DNA of 32,000 nucleotides from Candidatus Saccharimonadota bacterium (GCA_963705375.1 OY970071.1:390001-422000); one strand, 5' to 3'. Shown: positions 1 to 8,522, numbered from the stretch's first letter. Made by a program: numbers and translations. Notes: a model not told the origin generated them from the letters alone.

Positions 1-205
1 CTACTATGAAGAGATGAACATAGTCTGGCATGATTTCGAGTGCGAGGACTTCGCACTCCATAGTCTTCGCCTTCTCCTTTATCAGTTCCTTTAGTCTTTT
101 TTCCACGTTCCCGACCAATACCTTTCTCCGATACTTCGGACACCAGACGAAATGATACCCATGAAATGAACACTTGTTTCTAGAAGCGTTATATCCTTTT
201 GGCAT
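1..205 (-). CDS. tnpA: IS200/IS605-family Y1 (HUH) transposase TnpA, N-terminal 68 codons only; the gene runs off the left edge
   Basis: Absent from the ORF track because the window edge truncates it. Reverse-strand translation from the ATG at 205-203 gives MPKGYNASRNKCSFHGYHFVWCPKYRRKVLVGNVEKRLKELIKEKAKTMECEVLALEIMPDYVHLFIV. The YHFVWCPKYRRKVL block and the D-x-V-H-L-F block are the signature N-terminal motifs of IS200-type TnpA. Confidence 0.85.
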   Translation of the reverse strand, partial: MPKGYNASRNKCSFHGYHFVWCPKYRRKVLVGNVEKRLKELIKEKAKTMECEVLALEIMPDYVHLFIV

Positions 206-300
206 GATAATATATGGGCATACTGCATATATATACTTATCGGCACTATACATCAGTTCGCTTTCATCCCACCGCTAAAGCATGTGGGATTTCCCGCTCA
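1..300 (-). mobile_element. Left-end portion of an IS200/IS605-type insertion sequence (tnpA 5' part plus upstream subterminal hairpin); the outer boundary is not determinable
   Basis: The tnpA start at 205 is preceded on the reverse strand by an AT-rich stretch and a perfect 7-bp stem, ATCCCAC (266-272) / GTGGGAT (284-290), with an 11-nt loop. This family uses subterminal hairpins instead of terminal inverted repeats. Confidence 0.5.
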
Positions 301-433
301 CATTGTTAAAGCCTTTTGAGTGTGACGATAGATTTACACAGAAAGGCAGGCGAATGTTGCAAACACTATCCTTTTGGAAGGATTACCTGTACCAGATACA
401 TAGGTTACAATATCACAAAAGGCAGCAAACAAA

Positions 434-1099
434 ATGACACAAAACCGAACGTATAAGTATTTGGAACAAGGAACAGGAACTATAGAAACATATATCGTGG
501 GAAAGATGACCGAGAGCCGCCAAAACAAGAACGTGCCAAAAGAGATAGAGCGCACAGAGATTCTGCGTACCGAGCCCATGCAAAGCCCCCCGGACTTGGA
601 GAAACTTTGTGATTTAGAAGACGGCACAACATTATGCAGGGAACCATCAGAGAAACTATCCGAATTAGATCAATTTAAAGAAGCAGTAAAAATATCATTA
701 AAAGAGAAACAATTAGAAAAAGAGCTGCATCTGAAATCGCAGAGGAACACAGACATCACAATCGAATACGTATGCGGCGGGATATTGTGTACTGCGAATG
801 GGATGTATGATCGCATAGATGATACTTTTGTTGTTATTTGTAAGGATGGCACCAAGTACATATATCCCATAGGTCGAGATCCTTTCCGGGAAGACTTGGT
901 GGAAGGAGACGGCATTAGAGCGATCAGCCTTACCTCAAACCCAGAGGTCCTCTTATATTTCAACCCCAAGATAATGCCCAAACCTCCTGAAACACGGAAA
1001 GCGTATTATATTCCTGATCCCGAAGATAAGGATGCAGTTGAGCGAGTTAAGCAAATCGAAAAGCAAAGATGGGACGAGTTAAGACGCATACTTGAATAG
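434..1099 (+). CDS. Hypothetical protein (221 aa), no recognisable domain; charged coiled-coil-like N-terminal half and a Cys-containing beta-rich C-terminal half
   Basis: Long ORF with an ATG start. The opposite-strand ORFs inside it (334-627, 670-981) look like shadows. I recognise no motif. Confidence 0.5.
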   Translation: MTQNRTYKYLEQGTGTIETYIVGKMTESRQNKNVPKEIERTEILRTEPMQSPPDLEKLCDLEDGTTLCREPSEKLSELDQFKEAVKISLKEKQLEKELHLKSQRNTDITIEYVCGGILCTANGMYDRIDDTFVVICKDGTKYIYPIGRDPFREDLVEGDGIRAISLTSNPEVLLYFNPKIMPKPPETRKAYYIPDPEDKDAVERVKQIEKQRWDELRRILE

Positions 1100-1235
1100 C
1101 AGTTGAAGCTGGAAAGGCAGGTAGGTTGTCGGACAGAAAGATCTCGGAGAAGATGCGTGCCCGAAATATATTTTACACTTGAACGGGGAGATATACCTTT
1201 TTATGCTTTTGCTTTTTATATACGCACGTGATTAA

Positions 1236-1514
1236 ATGCCTAAAAGAAATATGGAAGGCTATCCGATAAACCCTACTCTCGAATACGAGCGTATGTTGAG
1301 CTACAAGGAGAAGCACAGCATGTGGTATCTCTTTGAGACACTGTACTGGGGCATATTCCTGCTTTCAGAAGGAATACTACTAGTAAAATACGTCACCGCG
1401 GGCATGACCCTTGCGACGTTCTTCGGGTGGTCGTTCATCCTTGCGTCTATATTCGTAATAATATACGGCATAAGCATGACGCTGCACCTAAAGCTGATGA
1501 AAAGATATGCCTGA
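1236..1514 (+). CDS. Small membrane protein (92 aa, two predicted TM helices), function unknown
   Basis: ATG-started ORF with hydrophobic stretches WYLFETLYWGIFLLSEGILLV and LATFFGWSFILASIFVIIYGI. It lies directly upstream of secF on the same strand. Confidence 0.5.
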   Translation: MPKRNMEGYPINPTLEYERMLSYKEKHSMWYLFETLYWGIFLLSEGILLVKYVTAGMTLATFFGWSFILASIFVIIYGISMTLHLKLMKRYA

Positions 1515-1581
1515 TTGATTGAATTGGGCCCTACGGGCCCATCCTATTCCTTTTTTATATTCTTTCTGCACAATTGGTTTG

Positions 1582-2733
1582 ATGGCAATAAACATCTATG
1601 AGCTCAAGCACTACAGGTTACTGTTAGTGATACCGATAATGCTGATGCTCATCGGGATATACTTCATACCGAAGATGCAGCTTGATTCCTCGCTGAAAGG
1701 AGGCATAAACCTTCAGCTGCAGACTAACGCCACGCTTGACGTTAGGCAGCTCACGACACAGATAGACTCCAAGATCCCAGGGGCGCAGGCCAGCGTCTCG
1801 ATAGCGCCGGGAGGCATCTCCGTGGTGATAGCGACAAATGCGAGCATAGCCGGCGCAGAGTCATCTCTGCTCGACATCTACAACACCTACGGCAACTATT
1901 CGAAGGCATCTGTCAACATCACAATGCTGCAGGGCGAGATAAATTCGCATCCTGACAACACGACGTTGCAGGGCAAGCTCTCCAATGCACAAACGGCACA
2001 GCAGAAAGCGCGCAAAGACATCAACGCGACGCTAGCAAAGGAATTAGAGTACCTTAGGCCGTTCATCGGGAGCATGCCATACAACAGCAGCAGCGTGATG
2101 GTCATGCTAAACGAGTCCAAGGGCGCATACGCGAACGCAAGCACAAAGTACGAATCCCAGGTCGTCACAACGTTCCATGGCATACTGCCGTTCACGACAT
2201 ACTCGTACAACGAGGTAACGCCAACACTGGGCGCCTTCTTCCTGAACCAGATGCTTGATGTGATCATAGCAGCATTCGTGCTTGTCGCAATAGCGGTGCT
2301 GGTGATATTCAAGAGCCCGATACCGGCTTTCACTGTCGTGTTCGGCGCAGCGAACGACATAATAGTCGCGTTGGGAGTGATGGCCATACTGGGCATACCG
2401 CTTGGAATATCTTCGATCGGAGGCCTTCTGATGCTGATAGGCTATTCGATAGACACAGACATGCTCGCAGCAATAAGGGTGCTCAAGAGAACAGAGGATA
2501 CGCCTCCAGAAAGGGCGCTTGCGGCAATGAGCACAGGAGTCACGATGACGTCCGCTGCAATCTTGTCATTCGCGGTTCTGTTTGTTGTATCATACCTGAC
2601 ATTTGTCCAGACATATTTCGAGATATCGAGCGTTGTGCTTGCAGGTCTAATAGCAGACTTGGCGGCAACGTGGCTCGGGAGCATGCCCATGCTGCTCTGG
2701 TACAAGCAAAGCAAAGAGATGCGTCATAAATGA
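1582..2733 (+). CDS. secF: Protein-export membrane protein SecF (archaeal type)
   Basis: The C-terminal six-TM region contains LMLIGYSIDTDMLAAIRVLKR, typical of SecF. Its stop overlaps the secD ATG by 4 nt (ATGA at 2730-2733). The track ORF opens at a TTG (1519); I prefer the ATG at 1582 (MAINIYELKHYRLL...), but the start is uncertain. Confidence 0.85.
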   Translation: MAINIYELKHYRLLLVIPIMLMLIGIYFIPKMQLDSSLKGGINLQLQTNATLDVRQLTTQIDSKIPGAQASVSIAPGGISVVIATNASIAGAESSLLDIYNTYGNYSKASVNITMLQGEINSHPDNTTLQGKLSNAQTAQQKARKDINATLAKELEYLRPFIGSMPYNSSSVMVMLNESKGAYANASTKYESQVVTTFHGILPFTTYSYNEVTPTLGAFFLNQMLDVIIAAFVLVAIAVLVIFKSPIPAFTVVFGAANDIIVALGVMAILGIPLGISSIGGLLMLIGYSIDTDMLAAIRVLKRTEDTPPERALAAMSTGVTMTSAAILSFAVLFVVSYLTFVQTYFEISSVVLAGLIADLAATWLGSMPMLLWYKQSKEMRHK

Positions 2734-4295
2734 GCATTATAGAATACTTCAAGGACAGAAGGATACTCACCGCGCTAGTCATAGTCCTTGCGCTTGCGGT
2801 GCTCGACTTGCATTACGGAATACATCTTGGCATCGAGTTCGTCGGCGGAACCCAGATACCCATAACTCTGGAGCACTCGGTGAATCTCACCACCATGAGC
2901 ACCCTGATTTCCGACCTGCAGCAGCGAGTCTCAACCTTTGGGCTCAAGCAGGTGACTGTTGAAGGCGTTGGAGATTCCCATGTTTATGTCATAACACCGA
3001 CAGTGTCAGGAAGCGAAATCAACCAGACCCTCGCAATAATACAGAGCCAGGGAAATTTTGAGGGCATAGTCAACGGCAAGGAAGCGCTGAACGGATCGGG
3101 GATCATATCGGGAAGCATAGGCGCAATACCGCCGCGCATCATGAACAGCACGGTGATGTGGGCAGTCACATTCTACCTTACGCAGACAGCGGCATCACGA
3201 TTCGCAGATGTTGTGCTAGGCCAAGGGAACCAACCGCTGTACATGTTCCTTGACAGGCCCAGTTCCACAGCAATCATGGTGAACTCGACGCTTCTTGCAA
3301 ACACAGTTGCAGGCCGCAGCCAGGGCCAGGCGCTTGCTGCCTTGCAGAAAGCGCTAAGCTTGGGCAATGCTACAATACCAGTCATAGCGATGAGCGGCAC
3401 CAACTCCAGCATAAGCAGCGCTGAAAGCTTCCTGAAGAGCCACGCTTACAAAAAAGTGATAGCAGGGAACGACATAAGCGGCACGCTGCTGGATTACATG
3501 CAAAGCAAAAACTACAGCATCAAGTTGGAAAGCAAAGCGAACATGAGCCCTGTTTACATAAGGACCTTCAACGGCAGCATAGTGGATTCATGGCCTGCCG
3601 CGGGCCTGTTGTCAGCACCGATACTTAGCCCAGGAGTCACCAACGGCAACGTGAGCCAATCTTACGAGATATCAGGCGCTGCACCGGCATCGATGACGCA
3701 GGCGCAGCAAGTGACCTACGCGCAGCAGCAATCGAAGGACATTGCAAGCATACTGAGCGGAGGCGCACTGCCAGTCTCGATAATCGCAGGAACTCCGACA
3801 ACGATACCGGCAACGCTAGGAGGCCACTTCGCATACATAAGCATGATAATAGGGCTAGGTGCGGTCCTTGCGATATCTGCCCTAATGACGTTCAAATACA
3901 GGCGCGCATTCCTGGTCGTGCCGATACTGCTCACCACGTTCATGGAACTTTTCATCATCTTCTCGATCATAGGGCTTGTGGGCACGATAGACCTTTCTGC
4001 AGTGGCAGGAATGATCGCGGTTGTCGGCACAGGAGTCGATGCGCAGATCATAATAACCGACGAGATACTCAGCAGAAAGGGCGAGCCCATGATGAAAACG
4101 GTGCTCGGCAACGCATTCTACATAATATGGACCGACGCGCTGCTTCTTGTGATCGCGATGATGCCGTTGTTCTTCTCGACTTCGCTCGTCGAAGTGATAG
4201 GCTTCTCCGAATCGACAATAATAGGCGCACTGCTAGGCGTCGTCATAACAAGGCCTGCATACAGCGCAATAGTGGGCAGACACTACGGAGTCTGA
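2730..4295 (+). CDS. secD: Protein-export membrane protein SecD (archaeal type)
   Basis: N-terminal TM helix, a large extracytoplasmic domain rich in N-x-S/T sequons, and a C-terminal six-TM bundle with AVVGTGVDAQIIITDEIL, a SecD-type motif. The secF-secD order matches known archaeal secFD operons. Confidence 0.85.
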   Translation: MSIIEYFKDRRILTALVIVLALAVLDLHYGIHLGIEFVGGTQIPITLEHSVNLTTMSTLISDLQQRVSTFGLKQVTVEGVGDSHVYVITPTVSGSEINQTLAIIQSQGNFEGIVNGKEALNGSGIISGSIGAIPPRIMNSTVMWAVTFYLTQTAASRFADVVLGQGNQPLYMFLDRPSSTAIMVNSTLLANTVAGRSQGQALAALQKALSLGNATIPVIAMSGTNSSISSAESFLKSHAYKKVIAGNDISGTLLDYMQSKNYSIKLESKANMSPVYIRTFNGSIVDSWPAAGLLSAPILSPGVTNGNVSQSYEISGAAPASMTQAQQVTYAQQQSKDIASILSGGALPVSIIAGTPTTIPATLGGHFAYISMIIGLGAVLAISALMTFKYRRAFLVVPILLTTFMELFIIFSIIGLVGTIDLSAVAGMIAVVGTGVDAQIIITDEILSRKGEPMMKTVLGNAFYIIWTDALLLVIAMMPLFFSTSLVEVIGFSESTIIGALLGVVITRPAYSAIVGRHYGV

Positions 4296-4423
4296 CAGGT
4301 AACAACCGTAGTTTGGGCAGGGCCTTTTAAAACACGCAGCTTCGAAAAGAGCAGAACATCTTATAAGTCTGTAAAAGTAATAACAATAGAGCGCATGTCA
4401 CTGACTTCCGCTAGTATGATGTT

Positions 4424-5059
4424 ATGAACTGCCCAACGTGCAACAGGTCAAGCGACGAATTCAAATTCATAGGGGACTTCTGCGAGTTCTGCGCAGCGGA
4501 AACTGCGAAAAAGCGTGCCCCGTCAAGAGTCGAGATAGAGCAGTGCAGGATGTGCGAGCGTGTGAGGATAAAGGGCGTTTACAAAGAGATGAATAACAAT
4601 TCGGTAAAGGCGATCATAGAGTCGGAAATGAAGATGATGCCGGGCTGGGAAGCAGAGGTGGAGAACATCACAGACAGGCAGGCACTGGTCCGTTTCCATT
4701 ATGGCGATGAAGCGCCGGCGTCTTTTGAGAAGACCGTACAAATCAAGATAGTGCATAGGACATGCGATGATTGCTTCAAGAGGAGCGCGGGCTACTATCA
4801 GGCAGTAGTTCAACTGCGCGGAGACCCTGCCAAGGTAGAGAAAGAGTCAAACAGGATAATCAAGAACCTAGAAAGCAGAGGCGCTTTTGTGTCCAAAATC
4901 GATAAGCTCGATGTGGGCTGCGACATGTATGTGAGCAACAAGACACTGATTACCGAGTACTTCATGCAGAGGAAGCTGAAGCCCAAGAAATCATTCACGC
5001 AATACGGCATGAAAGGGGGCATGAGGCTGTACAGGAACACATACCACCTGCGTCTGTAG
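4424..5059 (+). CDS. NMD3-like zinc-binding protein (short, 211 aa)
   Basis: Four CxxC pairs (CPTC, CEFC, CRMC, CDDC) followed by GYYQAVVQLRG match the N-terminal domain pattern of the NMD3 family. The protein is much shorter than typical NMD3 homologues. Confidence 0.55.
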   Translation: MNCPTCNRSSDEFKFIGDFCEFCAAETAKKRAPSRVEIEQCRMCERVRIKGVYKEMNNNSVKAIIESEMKMMPGWEAEVENITDRQALVRFHYGDEAPASFEKTVQIKIVHRTCDDCFKRSAGYYQAVVQLRGDPAKVEKESNRIIKNLESRGAFVSKIDKLDVGCDMYVSNKTLITEYFMQRKLKPKKSFTQYGMKGGMRLYRNTYHLRL

Positions 5060-5071
5060 CAGACCACCCGT

Positions 5072-5575
5072 TTAGACGGTCGTTGTATGAGATGTTAGAG
5101 AAAGTGCAGAGATGTAGATGCACGGCCTGCTTGGGACAGTGATGCACGAACTCATCGCACTCACATTGACAAGATAAGTGCCGGGCTGTATCAGCTGCTC
5201 GAGATAGCCGCTGACGTTTGCTGGCGTGTAAGCGGTCACATAGTTCAATCCTGTGTTCGTTTTCACCACGAATATTATCGAGTGCCCTATCTGGTTGTCC
5301 AGCGTACCGATGTAGATGCTGTGCATGCTAGAAGGAATCTGTATGAGCACGGTCTGCATTGCGGGATAGCCTTGAGAACTAACAGCTGTAGCTACGCTAG
5401 CAAGTTGATAGGCAGTGCCTTGCGCAGCGCTGACAGAAAGACTTGAAGAGGCATTTGATGCCTGCAACAAAGCCACCACTGTTACCGGCAGGAGTATCAG
5501 CAGCCCTAGCGCAAGAGTTATGAGAAGCTCCAGGCTGGACTGCGACCTCGTGGAAGTTTTTCTCTGCGCACTCAC
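5072..5575 (-). CDS. Pilin-like protein with class III signal peptide (167 aa); short paralogue of the 6804-8363 gene
   Basis: GTG start. The N-terminus MSAQRKTSTRSQSSLELLITLALGLLILLPV has a charged leader, a Q-S-S-L-E-L-L box and a hydrophobic helix, as in archaeal prepilin-type signals. About 150 aa (roughly 88% DNA identity by eye) are shared with the N-terminus of the 519-aa ORF. Confidence 0.65.
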   Translation of the reverse strand: MSAQRKTSTRSQSSLELLITLALGLLILLPVTVVALLQASNASSSLSVSAAQGTAYQLASVATAVSSQGYPAMQTVLIQIPSSMHSIYIGTLDNQIGHSIIFVVKTNTGLNYVTAYTPANVSGYLEQLIQPGTYLVNVSAMSSCITVPSRPCIYISALSLTSHTTTV

Positions 5576-6714
5576 GGAGCTTCTCCCTCTCTGAGGAGAT
5601 TGACCTTCCTCATCGTCAGCAGGTAACTTTTCTCCTTGAAGACTTGCACCTTGAGCTTCTTCAGCAGGTCAGCGAATGCGGCCTCGAACCTGTAATTCCT
5701 AACATGGATGCTGATTATCCCATTCTTGCGCAACGAGAGCCGGACATACAACTGGTAAGCTCCAGGCTTGCCCTTTATTCGCAGCGTAATGTAGTCTATG
5801 TGCATGCCGTGGAGCTTTTCGATCTCTGACATGAATTTGTTGAGCGCCTCCCTGAGGTCGTCTTGGTATTGATAGGTGTAAGAATCGAAACCGGAGACAT
5901 ACACTCTTCTTTCATGTATGCGCTTCCTCACCATGATGTTCTCGAGCACGTCGAATACGGTGATTATTCCGATAGGCGCCGCATTCTTCGTCACAAGCAA
6001 CGATGATATGTTGTGCTCAATGAATTGACGCACCGCGTCAGATATGCCAAGATCTTGGGGTATCGAAACGACATTCGACACCATGATGCTGCTCACTGGA
6101 ACATTTGACGGCGAATACGACTTCGTCTTGCCTTCGGGCAAACGGTCAGGAGATACTGCAAATTTGCGCATTATGTCATAGCCTGTTACCAGCCCTGTAA
6201 ACTTTCCGCCCTGCAGCACAGCAAGCCTATCGACATTGTGCCCGTGCATCGAAGCGAATGCCTCTGAGACGTTCGCGTTTGAGTCTATCGCAAGCACAGG
6301 TGTCGTCATGGCCTCACGCACCTGCAGGCTTTCGAGCGCACCGAGAGATAGAAGCATCTTGAGCAGCGTGTTGCGTTCGAGTATGCCACCTATCTTATCA
6401 CCGTTCATGAATGGCAGGGCCCTGACCCTTGCGCTGTAGAAATAATACACCACGTCGTCCACAGCGGTGCTGTTCGTTATCCTTGGCACCCTGACAGCAT
6501 ACTTCCCTATGCTCTCGCTTGAAGGAAGCTTTAGGCTGTGCCCTGCCCGATATATCGATTTTGAATCGACGATGCCGTAGTATTCCTTGTTCTTTGTTAT
6601 TATGACGGCCTTGTACTTGTCAAGAGATTGAAAGACTTTTCCAACAGGTGTTTTGTAGTCGAAAAACACTGTCTTCGCCACTAGCTTGTCCGGGATGTTG
6701 ATATCTTCGATCAT
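5572..6714 (-). CDS. Protein with four CBS domains (two Bateman modules) and a C-terminal beta-alpha-beta-beta-beta-alpha domain resembling RaiA/HPF
   Basis: Four CBS-like segments, for example MTTPVLAIDSNANVSEAFASMHGHNVDRLAVLQGGKFTGLVTGYDIM and MVSNVVSIPQDLGISDAVRQFIEHNISSLLVTKNAAPIGIITVFDVLENIM. I prefer the ATG at 6714 (MIEDINIPDK...) because a TATA-like box lies about 30 nt upstream and the 31 extra track codons cover intergenic repeat sequence. The stop overlaps the GTG of the downstream pilin-like gene (GTGA). Confidence 0.8.
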   Translation of the reverse strand: MIEDINIPDKLVAKTVFFDYKTPVGKVFQSLDKYKAVIITKNKEYYGIVDSKSIYRAGHSLKLPSSESIGKYAVRVPRITNSTAVDDVVYYFYSARVRALPFMNGDKIGGILERNTLLKMLLSLGALESLQVREAMTTPVLAIDSNANVSEAFASMHGHNVDRLAVLQGGKFTGLVTGYDIMRKFAVSPDRLPEGKTKSYSPSNVPVSSIMVSNVVSIPQDLGISDAVRQFIEHNISSLLVTKNAAPIGIITVFDVLENIMVRKRIHERRVYVSGFDSYTYQYQDDLREALNKFMSEIEKLHGMHIDYITLRIKGKPGAYQLYVRLSLRKNGIISIHVRNYRFEAAFADLLKKLKVQVFKEKSYLLTMRKVNLLREGEAP

Positions 6715-6718
6715 GAAT

Positions 6719-6751
6719 AAGACCAAAAGAATATGAAAGAAAAAGTATAAG
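6719..6751 (-). promoter_or_regulatory. Promoter-like AT-rich box (copy A), duplicated at 8465-8500
   Basis: aagaccaaaagaatatgaaagaaaaagtataag matches aagaccagaaggatatgaaagataaagtataaa at 8465-8497, with about 4 mismatches over 33 nt. On the reverse strand it reads CTTATACTTTTTCTTTCATAT and sits about 30 nt upstream of the CBS ATG. Confidence 0.4.
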
Positions 6752-6790
6752 TACCAGGACGGTACGTGTGCGCAGAGAGTCCGGTGCTTC
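6752..6790 (+). pseudogene. Degenerate fragment of the 5' half of tRNA-Cys, a relic of the tandem duplication
   Basis: ccaggacgg / tacgtg / tgcgcagag are collinear with ccaggatgg / tacgtg / ctgcagag of the intact tRNA-Cys at 8523-8606. The D-loop and part of the anticodon stem are deleted, and no T-arm or 3' acceptor strand is present. Confidence 0.4.
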
Positions 6791-6803
6791 ACGTCTGTAA
6801 AGC

Positions 6804-8363
6804 TCAAACAGGCACGCCGAATTGCAAGCGCGGCATCGAACCGCTTGGCGGGTAGATGCGTGTGCGCATCCAGTAATAGAATTCTTTTGCGTTAGAATCG
6901 ATGTGGAAGCCGACATAAACGGGATTTATGCCCGACGAGCCGTACGCCATAGCATACATCGGTGCGCCGTAGTTGATAGAATAGAAACCTGAAGATGTGG
7001 TCGCACCTGTCGTAAGCACGTAGAATTGGTTCATGTTCGGTAGAGGCACGGATCCTGCATTCACATCGCCGTCAGAGTAGACCTCCCAGTTTTGGGCGCC
7101 AGAACTGAAGGTGCCCCAAAGCCACAGACCGAAATCGCCAGTCGTCACGCCTCCATTGTTGGCCTGCACAGAGGTTCCAAGAAATATGCTTCCATACCCT
7201 ACCTGCTGCGCCTCGCCATACGCATCATAGACAAAATTCATATTGTGGTATGAAGTGCCGGTGTAAACGGCACCTATATCGTCGACATAATATGGAGAAG
7301 TAACCGTCAGGCCATTTGATGCGGACGCGCCCAAGTATTGATTGAGAGAAAATCCTGACAGCGATTCTGAGTTTGCAAAATCATTATAGTAGCTGAACAC
7401 GCTTGCACCATCGTCATATTGGCCATAAGTGCCAGATAGCTGCGGAGCTTCCCCTGTCGAGAGCCCGTCAAAGAGGTTTGTCGAAGTCGAGGCAAACCCC
7501 AAGTATATCGTGTTGGAGCAATGAGAGCACATGAATGCGCTGCTGGAGGCTATGCGGACCCAATATATTGTGTTTGCAGAAGTCGATAGATACAGAGTGT
7601 TTGAAGCTGTGTTCAGCAAAGAGTTGCTTGCCGAGCCTTCAAGCCAATAAGGGACGACAGTGCCATTTGAGTAGAAGAACTCGATGTTGCTAAGGTCTCC
7701 GGCCTCATACGATCGGTACGCCACGGAGTTGACGGGCATCATTATCTGTGAATTGGCAGGGAATGCTGAAGTGCGCGTGTTGGTCAGCAGTATAGGGACA
7801 TAATGCACAATGCCTGCAGGGATTGATGCTGGCGCGGAATAGCCTATCGAAGTTGTTGCAGCGGAAGCTGTTGATGCCGAAACAAAGGACATTGCAGAGA
7901 CATAGACACAGGGCTGGCCTGGGTCCGTGATGCAAGAACTCATCGCACTCACGTTGACAAGATACGTGCCTGGCTGTGTCAGCTGCTCGAGATAGCCGCT
8001 GACGTTGACGGGAGTATAAGCAGTCACATAGCTGAGGCCTATGCTGGTTTTTACGATGAAGGTTATCTCGTGCCCTATCAGGTTGTTCTGTGTGCCGACG
8101 TATATGCTGTGCACATCAGGAGGAACCTGTATCAGCACGGTCTGCCTGGCAGGATAGCCCTGGGAGCCTATCGCAGTCGCGATGCTGGAGAGTTTTGAGG
8201 CGGTGCTCTGGGCTATGCTCACTGAAAGGGAAGCAGACGAGGTCGTTATTTGCAGAAGAGCCAATATCAATACGGGCAGGAGTATCAGCAAGCCAAACGC
8301 AAGAGTTACTAGGAGCTCGAGGCTGGACTGCGACCTCATAGAAATTTCTCGCTGCGCACTCAC
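6804..8363 (-). CDS. Pilin-like protein with class III signal peptide and a large C-terminal putative adhesin region (DUF2341-like plus concanavalin-A/LamG-like), 519 aa
   Basis: GTG start. The N-terminus MSAQREISMRSQSSLELLVTLAFGLLILLPV is paralogous to the 5072-5575 gene. The C-terminal part shows VPILLTN...NIEFFYSNGTVVPYWLEG...IYWVRI (DUF2341-like) and ends with YYWMRTRIYPPSGSMP, a tail typical of LamG-like archaeal surface proteins. Confidence 0.65.
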   Translation of the reverse strand: MSAQREISMRSQSSLELLVTLAFGLLILLPVLILALLQITTSSASLSVSIAQSTASKLSSIATAIGSQGYPARQTVLIQVPPDVHSIYVGTQNNLIGHEITFIVKTSIGLSYVTAYTPVNVSGYLEQLTQPGTYLVNVSAMSSCITDPGQPCVYVSAMSFVSASTASAATTSIGYSAPASIPAGIVHYVPILLTNTRTSAFPANSQIMMPVNSVAYRSYEAGDLSNIEFFYSNGTVVPYWLEGSASNSLLNTASNTLYLSTSANTIYWVRIASSSAFMCSHCSNTIYLGFASTSTNLFDGLSTGEAPQLSGTYGQYDDGASVFSYYNDFANSESLSGFSLNQYLGASASNGLTVTSPYYVDDIGAVYTGTSYHNMNFVYDAYGEAQQVGYGSIFLGTSVQANNGGVTTGDFGLWLWGTFSSGAQNWEVYSDGDVNAGSVPLPNMNQFYVLTTGATTSSGFYSINYGAPMYAMAYGSSGINPVYVGFHIDSNAKEFYYWMRTRIYPPSGSMPRLQFGVPV

Positions 8364-8440
8364 GGAACCTCTACCTCTCTGGGCAGATCCAACCCAGCCA
8401 TTTTAATTCAGCAGATGAGGATGGAACTGTTTCTGCTTAG
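8364..8440 (-). pseudogene. Remnant of the 3' end of a second copy of the CBS gene; the rest is deleted
   Basis: 8364-8440 aligns by eye, with small indels, to 5576-5640, the 3' end of the intact CBS gene (for example ggaacctctacctctctgggcagatccaacc vs ggagcttctccctctctgaggagattgacc, then tcagcag and aactgtttctgcttag vs aacttttctccttgaag). It has no upstream ORF. Confidence 0.5.
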
Positions 8441-8464
8441 TTTTGACGGCAGCCTTCCACCCAC

Positions 8465-8500
8465 AAGACCAGAAGGATATGAAAGATAAAGTATAAATAA
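8465..8500. promoter_or_regulatory. Bidirectional TATA-box region (copy B). GTATAAATA lies 25-30 nt upstream of tRNA-Cys on the + strand, and TTTATAC faces the pilin-like gene on the - strand
   Basis: The AT-rich box gtataaataa (8491-8500) is about 25 nt upstream of the tRNA 5' end (8523). The same box is duplicated at 6719-6751. Confidence 0.45.
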
Positions 8501-8522
8501 GCGGATTGAAGAAAGATAGCAG

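Noticed and set aside
434-1099. ORF next to the IS200/IS605 end as a possible TnpB or IS accessory gene
   Set aside because: It lies outside the element on the far side of the hairpin end. At 221 aa it is far shorter than TnpB, and it shows no RuvC-like or Zn-finger motifs.
6715-6807. 31-codon N-terminal extension of the CBS ORF (track start at 6807, overlapping the upstream gene's stop)
   Set aside because: The extension (MSFTDVKHRTLCAHVPSWYLYFFFHILLVLF) covers the duplicated promoter box and the degenerate tRNA fragment. The internal ATG at 6714 has a TATA-like box about 30 nt upstream and begins a normal CBS-protein N-terminus.
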